Source: a virus (Duplodnaviria; Caudoviricetes). Taken from it: DNA of 56,928 bases. Shown here piece after piece: positions 8,615 through 18,262 of the stretch (position 1 is its first letter; every line of letters begins with the position of its first letter). The DNA is taken from positions 1-56,928 of IMG/VR virus record IMGVR_UViG_3300026097_000028; one strand, 5' to 3'. Position numbers and translations under genes: made by a program. The notes under the pieces are model-generated. The model saw only the letters and a program-made list of their open reading frames with translations. It was not told the origin of the DNA and searched no databases.

Positions 8615-10348
8615 ATGGCAGATACTTCATTTTTTGGGAGGTTAACTAAACTCTTTCGTTCTCAAGCAATAGTTACGGTTGATAAGGATGGTAAGAGAAA
8701 AGTATATGATACTGATGAAAGACAGCAAACTAACTTATCATCTCTAAGAGATAGATACACTAAGTTACAGAAATCTTTCTATGAACAAGCGGGTGGTGCA
8801 CAATCAATGGCATACCAACAAGTTCGTAGAGAAGTTTTCCGTGATTATGATGCAATGGATAATGACCCTATTCTTGCTTCTGCATTAGATATCTACGCAG
8901 ATGAATCTACTTTAAAAAATGAGTTTGGTGATATCCTATTAGTTCATTCAGATAATGAAAAAGTTCAAGATGTTCTTAATAACTTATTTTACGATGTAAT
9001 GAACGTAGAGTTTAATTTATGGCCCTGGGTTCGTAATATGTGTAAGTATGGAGATTTCTTTTTAGGTTTAGAAGTTGCAGAAGGTAAGGGTATCGTTAAC
9101 GTTACTCCACATTCTGTTTACAATACCGAAAGATTAGAAAGAACCGACCCTTCAAATCCAAACTCAGTAAAGTTTAAAATTACCGAGGACCCGAATGGAA
9201 AAGAAGAATACGAAAATTTTGAAATTGCACACTTCAGATTATTAGCGGATACCAATTGGTTACCATATGGAAAATCAATGATTGAAAATGGTAGAAGATT
9301 GTGGAAACAGATTTCTTTAATGGAAGATGCAATGTTAATCCACAGAATTATGAGAGCACCTGAAAAGAGAGTTTTCAAAATTGATATTGGAAACATTGCT
9401 CCTACTGAAGTTGATAATTACATGCAAAGAATTATCAACAAGATGAAGAAAGTTCCTTTTGTTGATAGAAACACCGGCGATTATAACTTAAAGTATAATA
9501 TGCAGAACCTAACAGAAGATTTCTTCTTACCGGTTCGTGGTGGAGATAGTGGAACATCTATTGAAAACCTACCAGGCTTAGATACACCTTCATTGGATGA
9601 TATCGATTACTTAAAGAACAAGATGTTTGCTGCATTAAAAATTCCTCGTGCTTATTTAGGGTACGAAGAAAATGTAAATGGTAAAGCAACCCTTGCTGCA
9701 GAAGATGTAAGATTTGCAAGAACAATTGAAAGAATCCAAAGAACAGTAATTTCGGAATTATCTAAAATTGCCATCGTTCACTTATACTCACAAGGTATCC
9801 AAGATTCAGAGATGACTAATTTTAGTTTATCATTAGTAAACCCATCTACAATTTACGAACAAGAAAAAGTAAATCTTTGGTCAGAGAAAATTAGATTGGC
9901 TCAAGATATCCAAGGTCTTAATATGTTATCCAAAGATTGGGTATATGAAAACATCTTTAAACTATCTGATGGTGAACAAGATGAACAACGAGTTAAAATG
10001 TTAGATGATTTAAAAGATAGATATCGTTTCCGTTCTATTGAAGATGAAGGTAATGACCCTGCAATGGATGATGAAGAACCAAATGATATTGAAGAATCAT
10101 TGGAACAACTAAAACAAGAAATTAAAGATAAGGGTGGTAGACCGAGAGAAGGTGGAACCTATGGAAAAGATAAACACCCTTATGGTAGAGACCCTCTTGG
10201 TGATGATGAAAGAACCTCAAAACGTTCTCGAACATCCGAAGAAAAAGCGTTGAAAATCATCAACGGAATTGCATCAAAGAGAAAATATTTACACGAAAAT
10301 GGGAGTATGTTGAGTGAGGACAATATTCTCGAAGATACAGAAAATTAA
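8615..10348 (+). CDS. Portal protein (T4 gp20-like)
   Basis: LMEDAMLIHRIMRAPEKRVFKIDIGN, EDFFLPVRGG..GTSIENLPG, DIDYLKNKMFAALKIP motifs; lies after terminase. Confidence 0.93.
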   Translation: MADTSFFGRLTKLFRSQAIVTVDKDGKRKVYDTDERQQTNLSSLRDRYTKLQKSFYEQAGGAQSMAYQQVRREVFRDYDAMDNDPILASALDIYADESTLKNEFGDILLVHSDNEKVQDVLNNLFYDVMNVEFNLWPWVRNMCKYGDFFLGLEVAEGKGIVNVTPHSVYNTERLERTDPSNPNSVKFKITEDPNGKEEYENFEIAHFRLLADTNWLPYGKSMIENGRRLWKQISLMEDAMLIHRIMRAPEKRVFKIDIGNIAPTEVDNYMQRIINKMKKVPFVDRNTGDYNLKYNMQNLTEDFFLPVRGGDSGTSIENLPGLDTPSLDDIDYLKNKMFAALKIPRAYLGYEENVNGKATLAAEDVRFARTIERIQRTVISELSKIAIVHLYSQGIQDSEMTNFSLSLVNPSTIYEQEKVNLWSEKIRLAQDIQGLNMLSKDWVYENIFKLSDGEQDEQRVKMLDDLKDRYRFRSIEDEGNDPAMDDEEPNDIEESLEQLKQEIKDKGGRPREGGTYGKDKHPYGRDPLGDDERTSKRSRTSEEKALKIINGIASKRKYLHENGSMLSEDNILEDTEN

Positions 10349-10415
10349 GTTATCTTTTATAAATTTATATTTATAATAGGATAATTTTACCATATCATAA
10401 TTGGAATTAAACAAA

Positions 10416-11282
10416 ATGAAAAAAATTAGACATTCAAAATTTAAAAATACGGGTTTTCTTTTCGAACTATTAACTCGTCAAATTACACTTGAGGTGTTGA
10501 ATGGTAGTGAAGAAAAATCAAAGAATATTGTAAAAGAATTTTTTGGTGGAAAGACTGAATTATCTAAGGAGCTTCGTTTATTCAACATGCTGATTAACGA
10601 AAAGTATAATACAGAATCTAAATCTGAAAAGTTTGTTGATGCCATTTTAGAAGCACACACTCGTTTAGATTATACTAAGCTTAAAAAAGAAAAATACAAC
10701 TTAGTTAAAGCAATTAAGGAAACGTTGGATATTGATAATTTTTTATCATCTCCAGTAACTAACTATAAAGTCCTTGCATCTATTCATAAATTATTTGAAG
10801 CAAAGGCAATTAACGTTCTTGATGTTAAAGATGTATTTGATTCCAAACTAACTTTGATAGAACATATCTCAACATCTACTCCTTCAATTAAAGAAAAGGA
10901 AGATAGATTGGTAGAAGATTTCAAAAAACAAGAAAAAGATTTAAGGTTAATCACCTACAAAATTCTTGTGGAATCTTTCAACAAAAAATATACTAACCTT
11001 AATGATGACCAAAAAGGGCTTCTTCGTGAGTATATTAATAATGTTACTAACACTTCTAAGTTCGGTGAATATTATGAAAACCAATTAATAAAAACTATTA
11101 CAGAACTTCATACTATCTACAAAGGTATGAGTGATAAAATTACCAAAATTAAATTAAGAGAAACTATCAATGTTCTCAAGAAACAAAAAATTGGTAAGAA
11201 AATTACAGATGAGCAAGTTTCTGCATTGATGTTATCTTATGAATTAATTAAGGAAATCAAAAATGTCAATGAAACAAAATAA
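10416..11282 (+). CDS. Conserved helical head-region protein (possible prohead core component)
   Basis: MKKIRHSKFKNTGFLFELL start (ATG 10416 preferred to TTG 10401); TATTTATA at 10368; between portal and protease. Confidence 0.6.
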   Translation: MKKIRHSKFKNTGFLFELLTRQITLEVLNGSEEKSKNIVKEFFGGKTELSKELRLFNMLINEKYNTESKSEKFVDAILEAHTRLDYTKLKKEKYNLVKAIKETLDIDNFLSSPVTNYKVLASIHKLFEAKAINVLDVKDVFDSKLTLIEHISTSTPSIKEKEDRLVEDFKKQEKDLRLITYKILVESFNKKYTNLNDDQKGLLREYINNVTNTSKFGEYYENQLIKTITELHTIYKGMSDKITKIKLRETINVLKKQKIGKKITDEQVSALMLSYELIKEIKNVNETK

Positions 11283-12153
11283 TAAATCATACTTAGATGA
11301 AATCATAGATGAAGTTCAAAGTGAGATGGATGAAGTAACCACAACTGGTAATGTTGCTGGTTATCAAACCCCAAATGCTTTTTCTGATAAAGGTTCTTCT
11401 GATAAGAAACGTAAGAAGAAAATGGCTAAGAGAATTGGTTATACATTAGCTGGTAAAGTTGATGAATCTTTTATGTCCGATTTAAATATCATTAAAAAAG
11501 GTTCTAAGAATATAACTGATTTTATTAAAAAAGTATTATCAGATAAACAATATAAAGAAGTTAGAACTGATAAAGAATTTCACAAATACTTAAAATCATT
11601 CTATAATGAATCAGTAAACGAATCAGATTTTAAAGGACAACTTGCTGGAGATTCGGTAGATTCACTTATTAAATCCATTGGTTCTCGTTTTGTAGAAAAG
11701 GAAATAAAAAACACTACTCGCGATGGAAAAACTTACATCAAACTAAAAGATGAAAAGTTTGGTAGTGGTGTGGTTAAGATATTAAAATCAAGATTTGGTA
11801 TTGATGCTAAGGTAGATTACTTTGGTGGTAAAGGTAAGATTGCAGCAACACCATCTGTATCATTTAAAAAAGACCAAATCATTTCAGAAGCAAAACAAAA
11901 AAGACCAGTAAATCGTTGGTTAGAATTAAAAAACGATGATACAATGCATCCACATAAAAAGATGGCAATGGGTCTTAAAGAATTAAAGTATCAGTTGGCA
12001 GAAACAGAAAAGTTTTTCAATTGGTATAATAAGATTAAAACGATGAATGAGTTGGATTCCCAAAAATATTGGAAAAGAACCCAAAATCATATTTATAAGA
12101 TAAAGGAAAGACTAATAAACATCGCTAAGACAATACAGGAGATAGAGAAATGA
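11263..12153 (+). CDS. Modular putative internal head protein
   Basis: EVTTTGNVAGYQTPNAF N-terminal motif; internal segments bounded by VDE, ESVNE and ISE. Confidence 0.55.
   Translation: MSMKQNNKSYLDEIIDEVQSEMDEVTTTGNVAGYQTPNAFSDKGSSDKKRKKKMAKRIGYTLAGKVDESFMSDLNIIKKGSKNITDFIKKVLSDKQYKEVRTDKEFHKYLKSFYNESVNESDFKGQLAGDSVDSLIKSIGSRFVEKEIKNTTRDGKTYIKLKDEKFGSGVVKILKSRFGIDAKVDYFGGKGKIAATPSVSFKKDQIISEAKQKRPVNRWLELKNDDTMHPHKKMAMGLKELKYQLAETEKFFNWYNKIKTMNELDSQKYWKRTQNHIYKIKERLINIAKTIQEIEK
11608..11622 (+). repeat. Dispersed 15-bp repeat GAATCAGTAAACGAA (encodes ESVNE), copy 1
   Basis: Identical copies at 12420-12434 and 15957-15971; near copies at 15116-15130 and 15761-15773. Confidence 0.8.
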
Positions 12154-12641
12154 AAATATCAAGAGATAGATTAAAAGAAATAGTTAGAGAAGTAATGGTT
12201 GAAGAAAGTGAATATCAAACTTTCTTCAAAAAAGCATTAGAAAAGACAGGAAAATCTATTCCTCAAATGTCTGATGAAGAAAAGAAAGCTTTCTTTAACA
12301 AAATCGATGCTGCTTGGAAAGGTAAAGGAGAAAAAAGAGAACAAGTTGAAGAATTAACTAAAGCTCAAGAGAAATTACCACCAGCACTTAAAAAGGCAAT
12401 CGAGAAAAAAGAAAAGAATGAATCAGTAAACGAAGCTCAACTTGGTAAGAAAGATGCGGAACACATGGAGAGAAATCTTCGTGGTAAAGGTCAAAGAGAA
12501 GTTAAATCATTTGTAGATAGAGTATATAAGTTTCAATCAAAGGATATTAGAAAATATATGGTTGATGCATTTTTGGATTATCAAAAAGGTAAGATATCTA
12601 AAAAAGAGTTTATATCAACACTTGATGATTTACACAAATAA
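12150..12641 (+). CDS. Modular putative internal head protein
   Basis: Leader MKISRDRLKEIVREVMVEE; EYQTFFKKALEK..MSDEEKKAFFNKID module; LPPALKKAI module; ESVNE junction. Confidence 0.55.
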   Translation: MKISRDRLKEIVREVMVEESEYQTFFKKALEKTGKSIPQMSDEEKKAFFNKIDAAWKGKGEKREQVEELTKAQEKLPPALKKAIEKKEKNESVNEAQLGKKDAEHMERNLRGKGQREVKSFVDRVYKFQSKDIRKYMVDAFLDYQKGKISKKEFISTLDDLHK

Positions 12642-12653
12642 TAGGAAAATAAA

Positions 12654-12830
12654 ATGACTAAATCAAGATTGTTAGAAATAATTAACGAAGAAATCACCAA
12701 CGTTAAGTGGGGGATGGTTAATGAAGAAATTACGAGTGAGGACGAAAAAAAGATTCGTGATATCATTCGTACCGAAGTTTCAGCAATATTTTTTGATTTA
12801 TTTAAGAAAAGAAAAACTTGGGGAGCATAA
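12654..12830 (+). CDS. Small protein (58 aa, MTKSRLLEIINEEITNVKWGMVNEEI...FFDLFKKRKTWGA)
   Basis: Translated by hand; fills the gap between 12641 and the protease, TAATG-coupled to the protease start; carries INE/VNE motifs. Confidence 0.65.
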   Translation: MTKSRLLEIINEEITNVKWGMVNEEITSEDEKKIRDIIRTEVSAIFFDLFKKRKTWGA

Positions 12831-13426
12831 TGAGTAACTTACTAATAGAAACCAGATTATTTGAAGGAAAGGTAAACGAGGACGAAGGTGGAAGAACCAT
12901 CGTTAAGGGTATCTTACAAAGAGCTGGCGCAGAAAACCAAAATGGTAGAATCTACCCAAAAGAAATCTTGGAGAGAGAAGCTAAGAAATACGAAACTCTT
13001 ATTAAAGAAAGACGTGCTCTTGGTGAATTAGACCATCCAGATTCATCGGTAATCAACCTAAAGAACGTATCTCACAATGTAAGAGAGATTCATTGGGATG
13101 GTGATGATTTAGTTGGTACCGTAGAGATACTCCCAACACCAAGTGGAAATATCCTTAAAGAACTTCTAAGAGCAGGTATCCTATTAGGTATATCATCAAG
13201 AGGTATGGGTTCAGTAACTCCAATGAAAGGTGCTGATAATGGAAAAGTTCAAGTAGGTGAAGATTTTGAATTGATTGGTTGGGATTTTGTATCTAACCCA
13301 TCAACCCACGGAGCATTTATGACACCAATGAACGAATCTGTGAACAAAGGAGTTCAAGGAGAAGTTTGTAATGAGTGGTGTAAGGCTCAAGATTTAATGA
13401 GAGAAATAATAACAGAAATATCATAA
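12830..13426 (+). CDS. Prohead core protease (T4 gp21-like)
   Basis: NQNGRIYP, ALGELDHP (His), GISSRGMGS (Ser), WDFVSNPS (Asp); ATG 12830 coupled to the upstream stop. Confidence 0.93.
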   Translation: MSNLLIETRLFEGKVNEDEGGRTIVKGILQRAGAENQNGRIYPKEILEREAKKYETLIKERRALGELDHPDSSVINLKNVSHNVREIHWDGDDLVGTVEILPTPSGNILKELLRAGILLGISSRGMGSVTPMKGADNGKVQVGEDFELIGWDFVSNPSTHGAFMTPMNESVNKGVQGEVCNEWCKAQDLMREIITEIS

Positions 13427-13428
13427 AA

Positions 13429-13617
13429 ATGGCATTTTCAATACAAGATTACTTAGCGAATAACAAAATATCTACTGGTACTATTACCCAAGAAGTGGGT
13501 GATACTCCATTTAAAGGTGGACATAACGATATTCGTAAAACAAATTACGAAGTTAAGATTACCGAAGATGGTAAACTTGATTTATACACACACAAAACAG
13601 TTACAACAACTAAATAA
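13429..13617 (+). CDS. Small hypothetical protein
   Basis: 62-aa ORF tightly packed after the protease. Confidence 0.5.
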   Translation: MAFSIQDYLANNKISTGTITQEVGDTPFKGGHNDIRKTNYEVKITEDGKLDLYTHKTVTTTK

Positions 13618-13627
13618 TATTACAATC

Positions 13628-14653
13628 ATGATAAAATTAGGTGGATTAGTATCATTAAAACGAATCAATGAGGCGGATTACGTTCACATTGGGTATGGTA
13701 AATACAAAGAGAAGGGTAAAGAGAAAGACCCTAATGCACAAACTTTTAAAAAAGATGATAATGATAAGTTTACACCTATCTCATCTGATGACAAGGCAGC
13801 GAAGGGAGGTGATTCCTCTGCCGGTAAAGACGTTCCTAAAGTGAACATCTTTGATAAACCGAAAGAAGAACCTAAATCAGATAAATCATCAGAACCTGAT
13901 TACGATAAATACACCAATAAATCACAAACTATGACAGATTTCTTTAAAGGGGGTTTGTCTATTGATGATTTACAAAAAGTTGCTAAGAAAAACTTTGATT
14001 CGGAAATTGCATCTGAAAACGATTTAGATGGATTCTTGAACAACAAGTTCATGCAAGATGTAATGGCAGATGAACATGGTGTAGATAAAGATACTTTAAT
14101 TTCTAAAGTAAAAGATTTAAAAACTGCTTTATTTGGTGGTGGAAAAGAAGAACCTAAATCAGAACCTGCTAAAGATTCAACTGGTGATAGAGCTGGTAAT
14201 TTAGAAGTAAACAAAAAGGTTCGTGCCAAAGCTAAGAAAATGGGTATCACTCCTGCTAAATTAGGTAAGGATGAATACAAAAAGAAAATGGCTCAAGCTG
14301 CAGTTGCTGCATTAACCGATGCTAACTTCCATAGTGAAGCAAGACAATTAGTTGCTGATTTAGAAGGTAAACCTGAAATGGCTGAGAAACCAGATTATCC
14401 ATCAATTGATGACCCTAAGTTCGATGAGAAGATGAAAGTTATCCGAGCTAAATACGATTCAGTATATAGTGAACCAGATGATGATGCTGAAGATTTAGGA
14501 ATCTCTGCTGCTAACGAAGCTAGTTGGGATGGTAGAGATGCATTAGATTCAATTGCATTTGATTTGAAGATGAACGGATTTAAAGATTTGGCATCAAAAT
14601 TACAATCAGTAATTAAGGAAAGTAAATCAACAAAATTAAAAGATTTAGTATAA
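13628..14653 (+). CDS. Lys/Asp-rich putative internal head protein
   Basis: Likely start MIKLGGLVSLKRINE at 13628; KEEPKS repeated twice; C-terminal IKESKSTKLKDLV. Confidence 0.55.
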   Translation: MIKLGGLVSLKRINEADYVHIGYGKYKEKGKEKDPNAQTFKKDDNDKFTPISSDDKAAKGGDSSAGKDVPKVNIFDKPKEEPKSDKSSEPDYDKYTNKSQTMTDFFKGGLSIDDLQKVAKKNFDSEIASENDLDGFLNNKFMQDVMADEHGVDKDTLISKVKDLKTALFGGGKEEPKSEPAKDSTGDRAGNLEVNKKVRAKAKKMGITPAKLGKDEYKKKMAQAAVAALTDANFHSEARQLVADLEGKPEMAEKPDYPSIDDPKFDEKMKVIRAKYDSVYSEPDDDAEDLGISAANEASWDGRDALDSIAFDLKMNGFKDLASKLQSVIKESKSTKLKDLV

Positions 14654-14665
14654 AGGAATTACAAA

Positions 14666-15418
14666 ATGAAACTAACTCAACTAATGAACGAAGGTGAAGA
14701 GAAAAGAGCTCTTTCTAACGAAGTTAAAAAACACTTCTTGGAAATCGTTTCTACTTACAACAAGTATCAAGAGATGATGGATAGAAAATCTGACATCGCA
14801 GAAATTGCTGAAACTCTTGGTGGTATAACTGAAGCAGCTAGAACTCTTGCAATCCACGAAGGTGATGATTGGTTCGACAAACATACAGTTAAACGAAACA
14901 TGAGTGAGTTAGATAAGTTAGGAAAACAATTCGATAAAGTTGCTCTTGAAGCTAAGGCATTAGACCAAAGAATGGCTGGATTATATGAAGATATGGGACA
15001 TATTCTTTCAAGATACTACAAAATAGGAGAAATCACAGAGGACCAAATGAAACAAAGATTGGGTATTCGTGAATCTAAAGAAGATTGTGGTTGTGGATGT
15101 GGTGGAGGATGTTCTGATTCTGTAAACGAAGAAACAATTGCAGAACAACCAGTAATGGTTTCTAAAAGAACTGAAAATGGAAACATCGTAACCACTCTAA
15201 AAGAAGTATCTGATTTAAACGAAGAAGAAATTAAACTTTATGAGTTCGGTCAGAAAGTAGAAAAACTAATGGAAAAAAGTTGTCCAACCGATAAAGGTAA
15301 ATGGGCAGCATCCAAAGCAGCAGCTAAAAAGAAATTTGATGTTTATCCATCTGCATACGCTAATGGTTGGGCAGCAAAAAATTACAAATCAAAAGGTGGT
15401 GGTTGGAGAAACTGTTAA
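14666..15418 (+). CDS. Putative head protein with C-terminal basic YPSAYANGW domain
   Basis: MKLTQLMNE leader; DWFD..TVKRNM..L coiled core; CGCGCGGGC linker; KKKFDVYPSAYANGWAAKNYKSKGGGW. Confidence 0.55.
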   Translation: MKLTQLMNEGEEKRALSNEVKKHFLEIVSTYNKYQEMMDRKSDIAEIAETLGGITEAARTLAIHEGDDWFDKHTVKRNMSELDKLGKQFDKVALEAKALDQRMAGLYEDMGHILSRYYKIGEITEDQMKQRLGIRESKEDCGCGCGGGCSDSVNEETIAEQPVMVSKRTENGNIVTTLKEVSDLNEEEIKLYEFGQKVEKLMEKSCPTDKGKWAASKAAAKKKFDVYPSAYANGWAAKNYKSKGGGWRNC

Positions 15419-15431
15419 TAGGAGAATAGAA

Positions 15432-16232
15432 ATGGCATCAGTAGTAGGTAAAACAATTTTTTCAGATGGTAAAGGCAAGTTATTCTTTGGATACTACAAA
15501 GATAACGATGCGGTTGAGTTTGTTGATTACAAAACTTGGAAGAAACTTTCTTTCAAAGATGTATCCAAAGGTGATACCAACAAACAAAGAGTAATCAAAG
15601 CAATCGTAAAGAACCAAAAACAATTCAACAAGAAAGTTGATTTCAATATGTGGGCTAAGAAACAAAAAAGAAGTTTCGATGACACTATGGATTGGTTTAT
15701 CAAAAATGGTTGGATTTCTAACATTACCAAAAGAGGAATTAAAGAATCTGTTGATGTATTATCAGTAAACGAAGATAGAAATTCTAATATGTTCTATGTT
15801 CTATACCAAAAGAAAGGTGTCTTTGGTAAACCTGCAGCAGCTGGATATAAAGATAGAAAAGATGCTGAAAAATTTGCAAAGAGTTTAGGAAGTAATCACA
15901 ACACAATGATTCTTGATAAACAATCAATGAAGAATGTAAAGGGTGTTGATGTAAAAGAATCAGTAAACGAAGCTAAATTTGGATACAAAACTTCAACTGC
16001 ATCTTACATCAAGAAACACAAAGATGAGTATAAAAAAGCAGAGAAAATGAATAAAGGGAACGAAATGAAGTTCTACGATATGTTACAACAAATGGAAGAT
16101 AAAGTAGGACATCCTAAAACCATGTTATTCATTTCTAATGCACTTCGTGGATATGGTGTTGATATGTATAAAGACCCAAAGATTAAAAACCCTGCCGATG
16201 CACAAGAGGCTCTATTCTTATTAAGTAAATAA
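15432..16232 (+). CDS. Modular putative internal head protein (three modules)
   Basis: AGGAG before ATG 15432; modules separated by IKESVDVLSVNE and VKESVNE. Confidence 0.55.
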   Translation: MASVVGKTIFSDGKGKLFFGYYKDNDAVEFVDYKTWKKLSFKDVSKGDTNKQRVIKAIVKNQKQFNKKVDFNMWAKKQKRSFDDTMDWFIKNGWISNITKRGIKESVDVLSVNEDRNSNMFYVLYQKKGVFGKPAAAGYKDRKDAEKFAKSLGSNHNTMILDKQSMKNVKGVDVKESVNEAKFGYKTSTASYIKKHKDEYKKAEKMNKGNEMKFYDMLQQMEDKVGHPKTMLFISNALRGYGVDMYKDPKIKNPADAQEALFLLSK

Positions 16233-16233
16233 T

Positions 16234-16518
16234 ATGAAGGTAACTTTTAAAATGGGTAGAGAGAACCACACCGTACAATTCTCAATTGTTCCAACCAAAG
16301 GAAGTGGATTTTCTGCAATTGCAAAATCCTCAAAGGATTTGGATGTTTTACAAAGAGCAATTCCTATGGGTGTTAAAGGTAATGATTTAATTGGTAAAAT
16401 TCTCGCTGATAAATTTGAAAAGAAACTTGGTATTCCAGTTAATATAGATTATGATTACAAAGGTGCAGGATTTGGATTCAAATTAGATATGTACTCTCTT
16501 GTAAAAAAGCTAAAATAA
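16234..16518 (+). CDS. Hypothetical protein
   Basis: 94-aa ORF closely packed in the operon. Confidence 0.55.
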   Translation: MKVTFKMGRENHTVQFSIVPTKGSGFSAIAKSSKDLDVLQRAIPMGVKGNDLIGKILADKFEKKLGIPVNIDYDYKGAGFGFKLDMYSLVKKLK

Positions 16519-16519
16519 G

Positions 16520-16864
16520 ATGAAACTTCAATCCATCATAGATGAAATTATAGACGAAACCACCAACGAGGATTTACGTAATTGGTTCAAATCCAAGTGG
16601 GTAAATATCGGTAAGAAAGATAAGAGTGGTAAACACCCACCTTGTGGAACAAGTGGTAAAAAAAGAGGATATGCTAAATGTGTTCCTGCTAAGAAAGCTG
16701 CTTCAATGAGTAAAAAAGAAAAAGAGTCTGCAACTCGTAGAAAGAGAGCAGCACAAAACAAAGCTGGTAGAGGTGGTTCTCAATCTGCAGGGCAAGGTAA
16801 AAAACCAATCAATGTTTCTACTCACACTAAAGGTAGAAAATCGGGTACTGGTAAAGGTTCATAA
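16520..16864 (+). CDS. Conserved basic phage protein (EDLRxWF..KWVNI..CG..YAKCVP family)
   Basis: Signature EDLRNWFKSKWVNIG..PPCG..YAKCVPAKKAASMS; leader MKLQSIIDE. Confidence 0.55.
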   Translation: MKLQSIIDEIIDETTNEDLRNWFKSKWVNIGKKDKSGKHPPCGTSGKKRGYAKCVPAKKAASMSKKEKESATRRKRAAQNKAGRGGSQSAGQGKKPINVSTHTKGRKSGTGKGS

Positions 16865-16882
16865 TAATTTAAATAAGTTTAC

Positions 16883-17878
16883 TTGGAATTAAATACAAAT
16901 ACAATAAATCTGATAAAATCTGAGTTAGATTTATTTTACAGCCCACACAATTATAAACTTGAATTATCAAATCGAGTAGAAACGTGGGAGTATGATATAA
17001 AAAAATATTGTGAATCTTCTGATATTGGTATAATTTCAATAGGACAAGAATGTATATATGAATATAACATAAATAAAATATTAAATTATATTAAAAAATA
17101 TAACTCAAAATTTAAACTACATCTCGGTACAAGTTCTTATAGTAAAGATACAACTCACCCATATACAAATGTAGCTCTCTTACATTCAACTTCATTCATA
17201 AATGATGTTAATTTTTTAAAATCAGATTATGTTATTGGTGAATATTATTCTAACTTAGCTAAACATATATTCTTATATGAAAATGTATCTAAAAAAACAA
17301 ATCCATATATAATATCATCTAGACGATATAACTTATCAAGATTTAAAATTTATAATAAATTAAATATAAAAAACCCAAGTGGTATTATACGATTTATATT
17401 ACAATCACCACAAATGAGTGCACTTGATATAAAAAACAATGGATATACTAAGACAAATTTTTTATTAAATGAATATGATAAAACATATATATCATTTATA
17501 TTAGAAACTGCCGTAGATGATAATAGAACATTGGGATATTTTAAAGCACTAACTGAAAAATCACTCATAGGATTTCATACAAAAACATTACCGATTATAT
17601 TGGGATGTAAGGGGTTAAATCGGGAATTATTAAATATGGGATTTTGGACTGGAAATGAATTGTTTAATATAGATGATAATGATATTAATGCGGAGGATAG
17701 AATAGTTGAATTAGTTAATAAATTCAATAATATGAATATTAATGATATTAAACGTATATATGATGATAATTTAGTAAATATTAATTCAAATTTTGAGCTC
17801 CTTCATAAATTATTTGATTTAGGTAAAGAATTTAATAAAGATTATACAGAATATAATCAACATATAACTATACTTTAA
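16883..17878 (+). CDS. Glycosyltransferase-like protein (GT10-like), paralogous in motif to 27..1031
   Basis: YISFILETA..ALTEKSLIGF..LPIILG..LLNMGFW; very AT-rich; start uncertain (TTG). Confidence 0.45.
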   Translation: MELNTNTINLIKSELDLFYSPHNYKLELSNRVETWEYDIKKYCESSDIGIISIGQECIYEYNINKILNYIKKYNSKFKLHLGTSSYSKDTTHPYTNVALLHSTSFINDVNFLKSDYVIGEYYSNLAKHIFLYENVSKKTNPYIISSRRYNLSRFKIYNKLNIKNPSGIIRFILQSPQMSALDIKNNGYTKTNFLLNEYDKTYISFILETAVDDNRTLGYFKALTEKSLIGFHTKTLPIILGCKGLNRELLNMGFWTGNELFNIDDNDINAEDRIVELVNKFNNMNINDIKRIYDDNLVNINSNFELLHKLFDLGKEFNKDYTEYNQHITIL

Positions 17879-17930
17879 AAATAAAATATATATATTTATA
17901 CACAATCAAGTTTACATTAAAAATTATATA

Positions 17931-18257
17931 ATGGCAAGACATACAACTAAGGTTAGAGTAGAAGTTAGAAAAGGTGATATTAACAGAGCCTTAAAAATCT
18001 TTAAAAGAAGAGGAATGGATTCTGGTCATCTTCAAGAACTAAAAGATAGAAAAGAATACACTAAACCAAAAACCGCTCGTAGAAAACAAAAGTTAGATGC
18101 GATACGTAGAAATAACAAAGAAGTTTTGTTTGAAAAATGGGAAAATGGTGATAATACTATAACTCTTTTTAACGAAAAGAAACAAAAATTCAAAAAATCT
18201 TCTAACTCAGAAGAAAAAACCATAGAAAATTATGGTTTACGTGTGGATAATAAATAA
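17931..18257 (+). CDS. rpsU: Phage-encoded ribosomal protein bS21 with C-terminal extension
   Basis: VEVRKGDINRALKIFKR..GHLQELKDRKEYTKPKTARR matches the bS21 pattern (I..AL..FKR..G...E...R..Y.KP...R); TATTTATA at 17893. Confidence 0.88.
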   Translation: MARHTTKVRVEVRKGDINRALKIFKRRGMDSGHLQELKDRKEYTKPKTARRKQKLDAIRRNNKEVLFEKWENGDNTITLFNEKKQKFKKSSNSEEKTIENYGLRVDNK

Positions 18258-18262
18258 ATCAA

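Noticed and set aside
6551-10348. Intein or intron in terminase or portal
   Set aside because: Both ORFs are uninterrupted, of ordinary length and lack Hint or homing-endonuclease motifs
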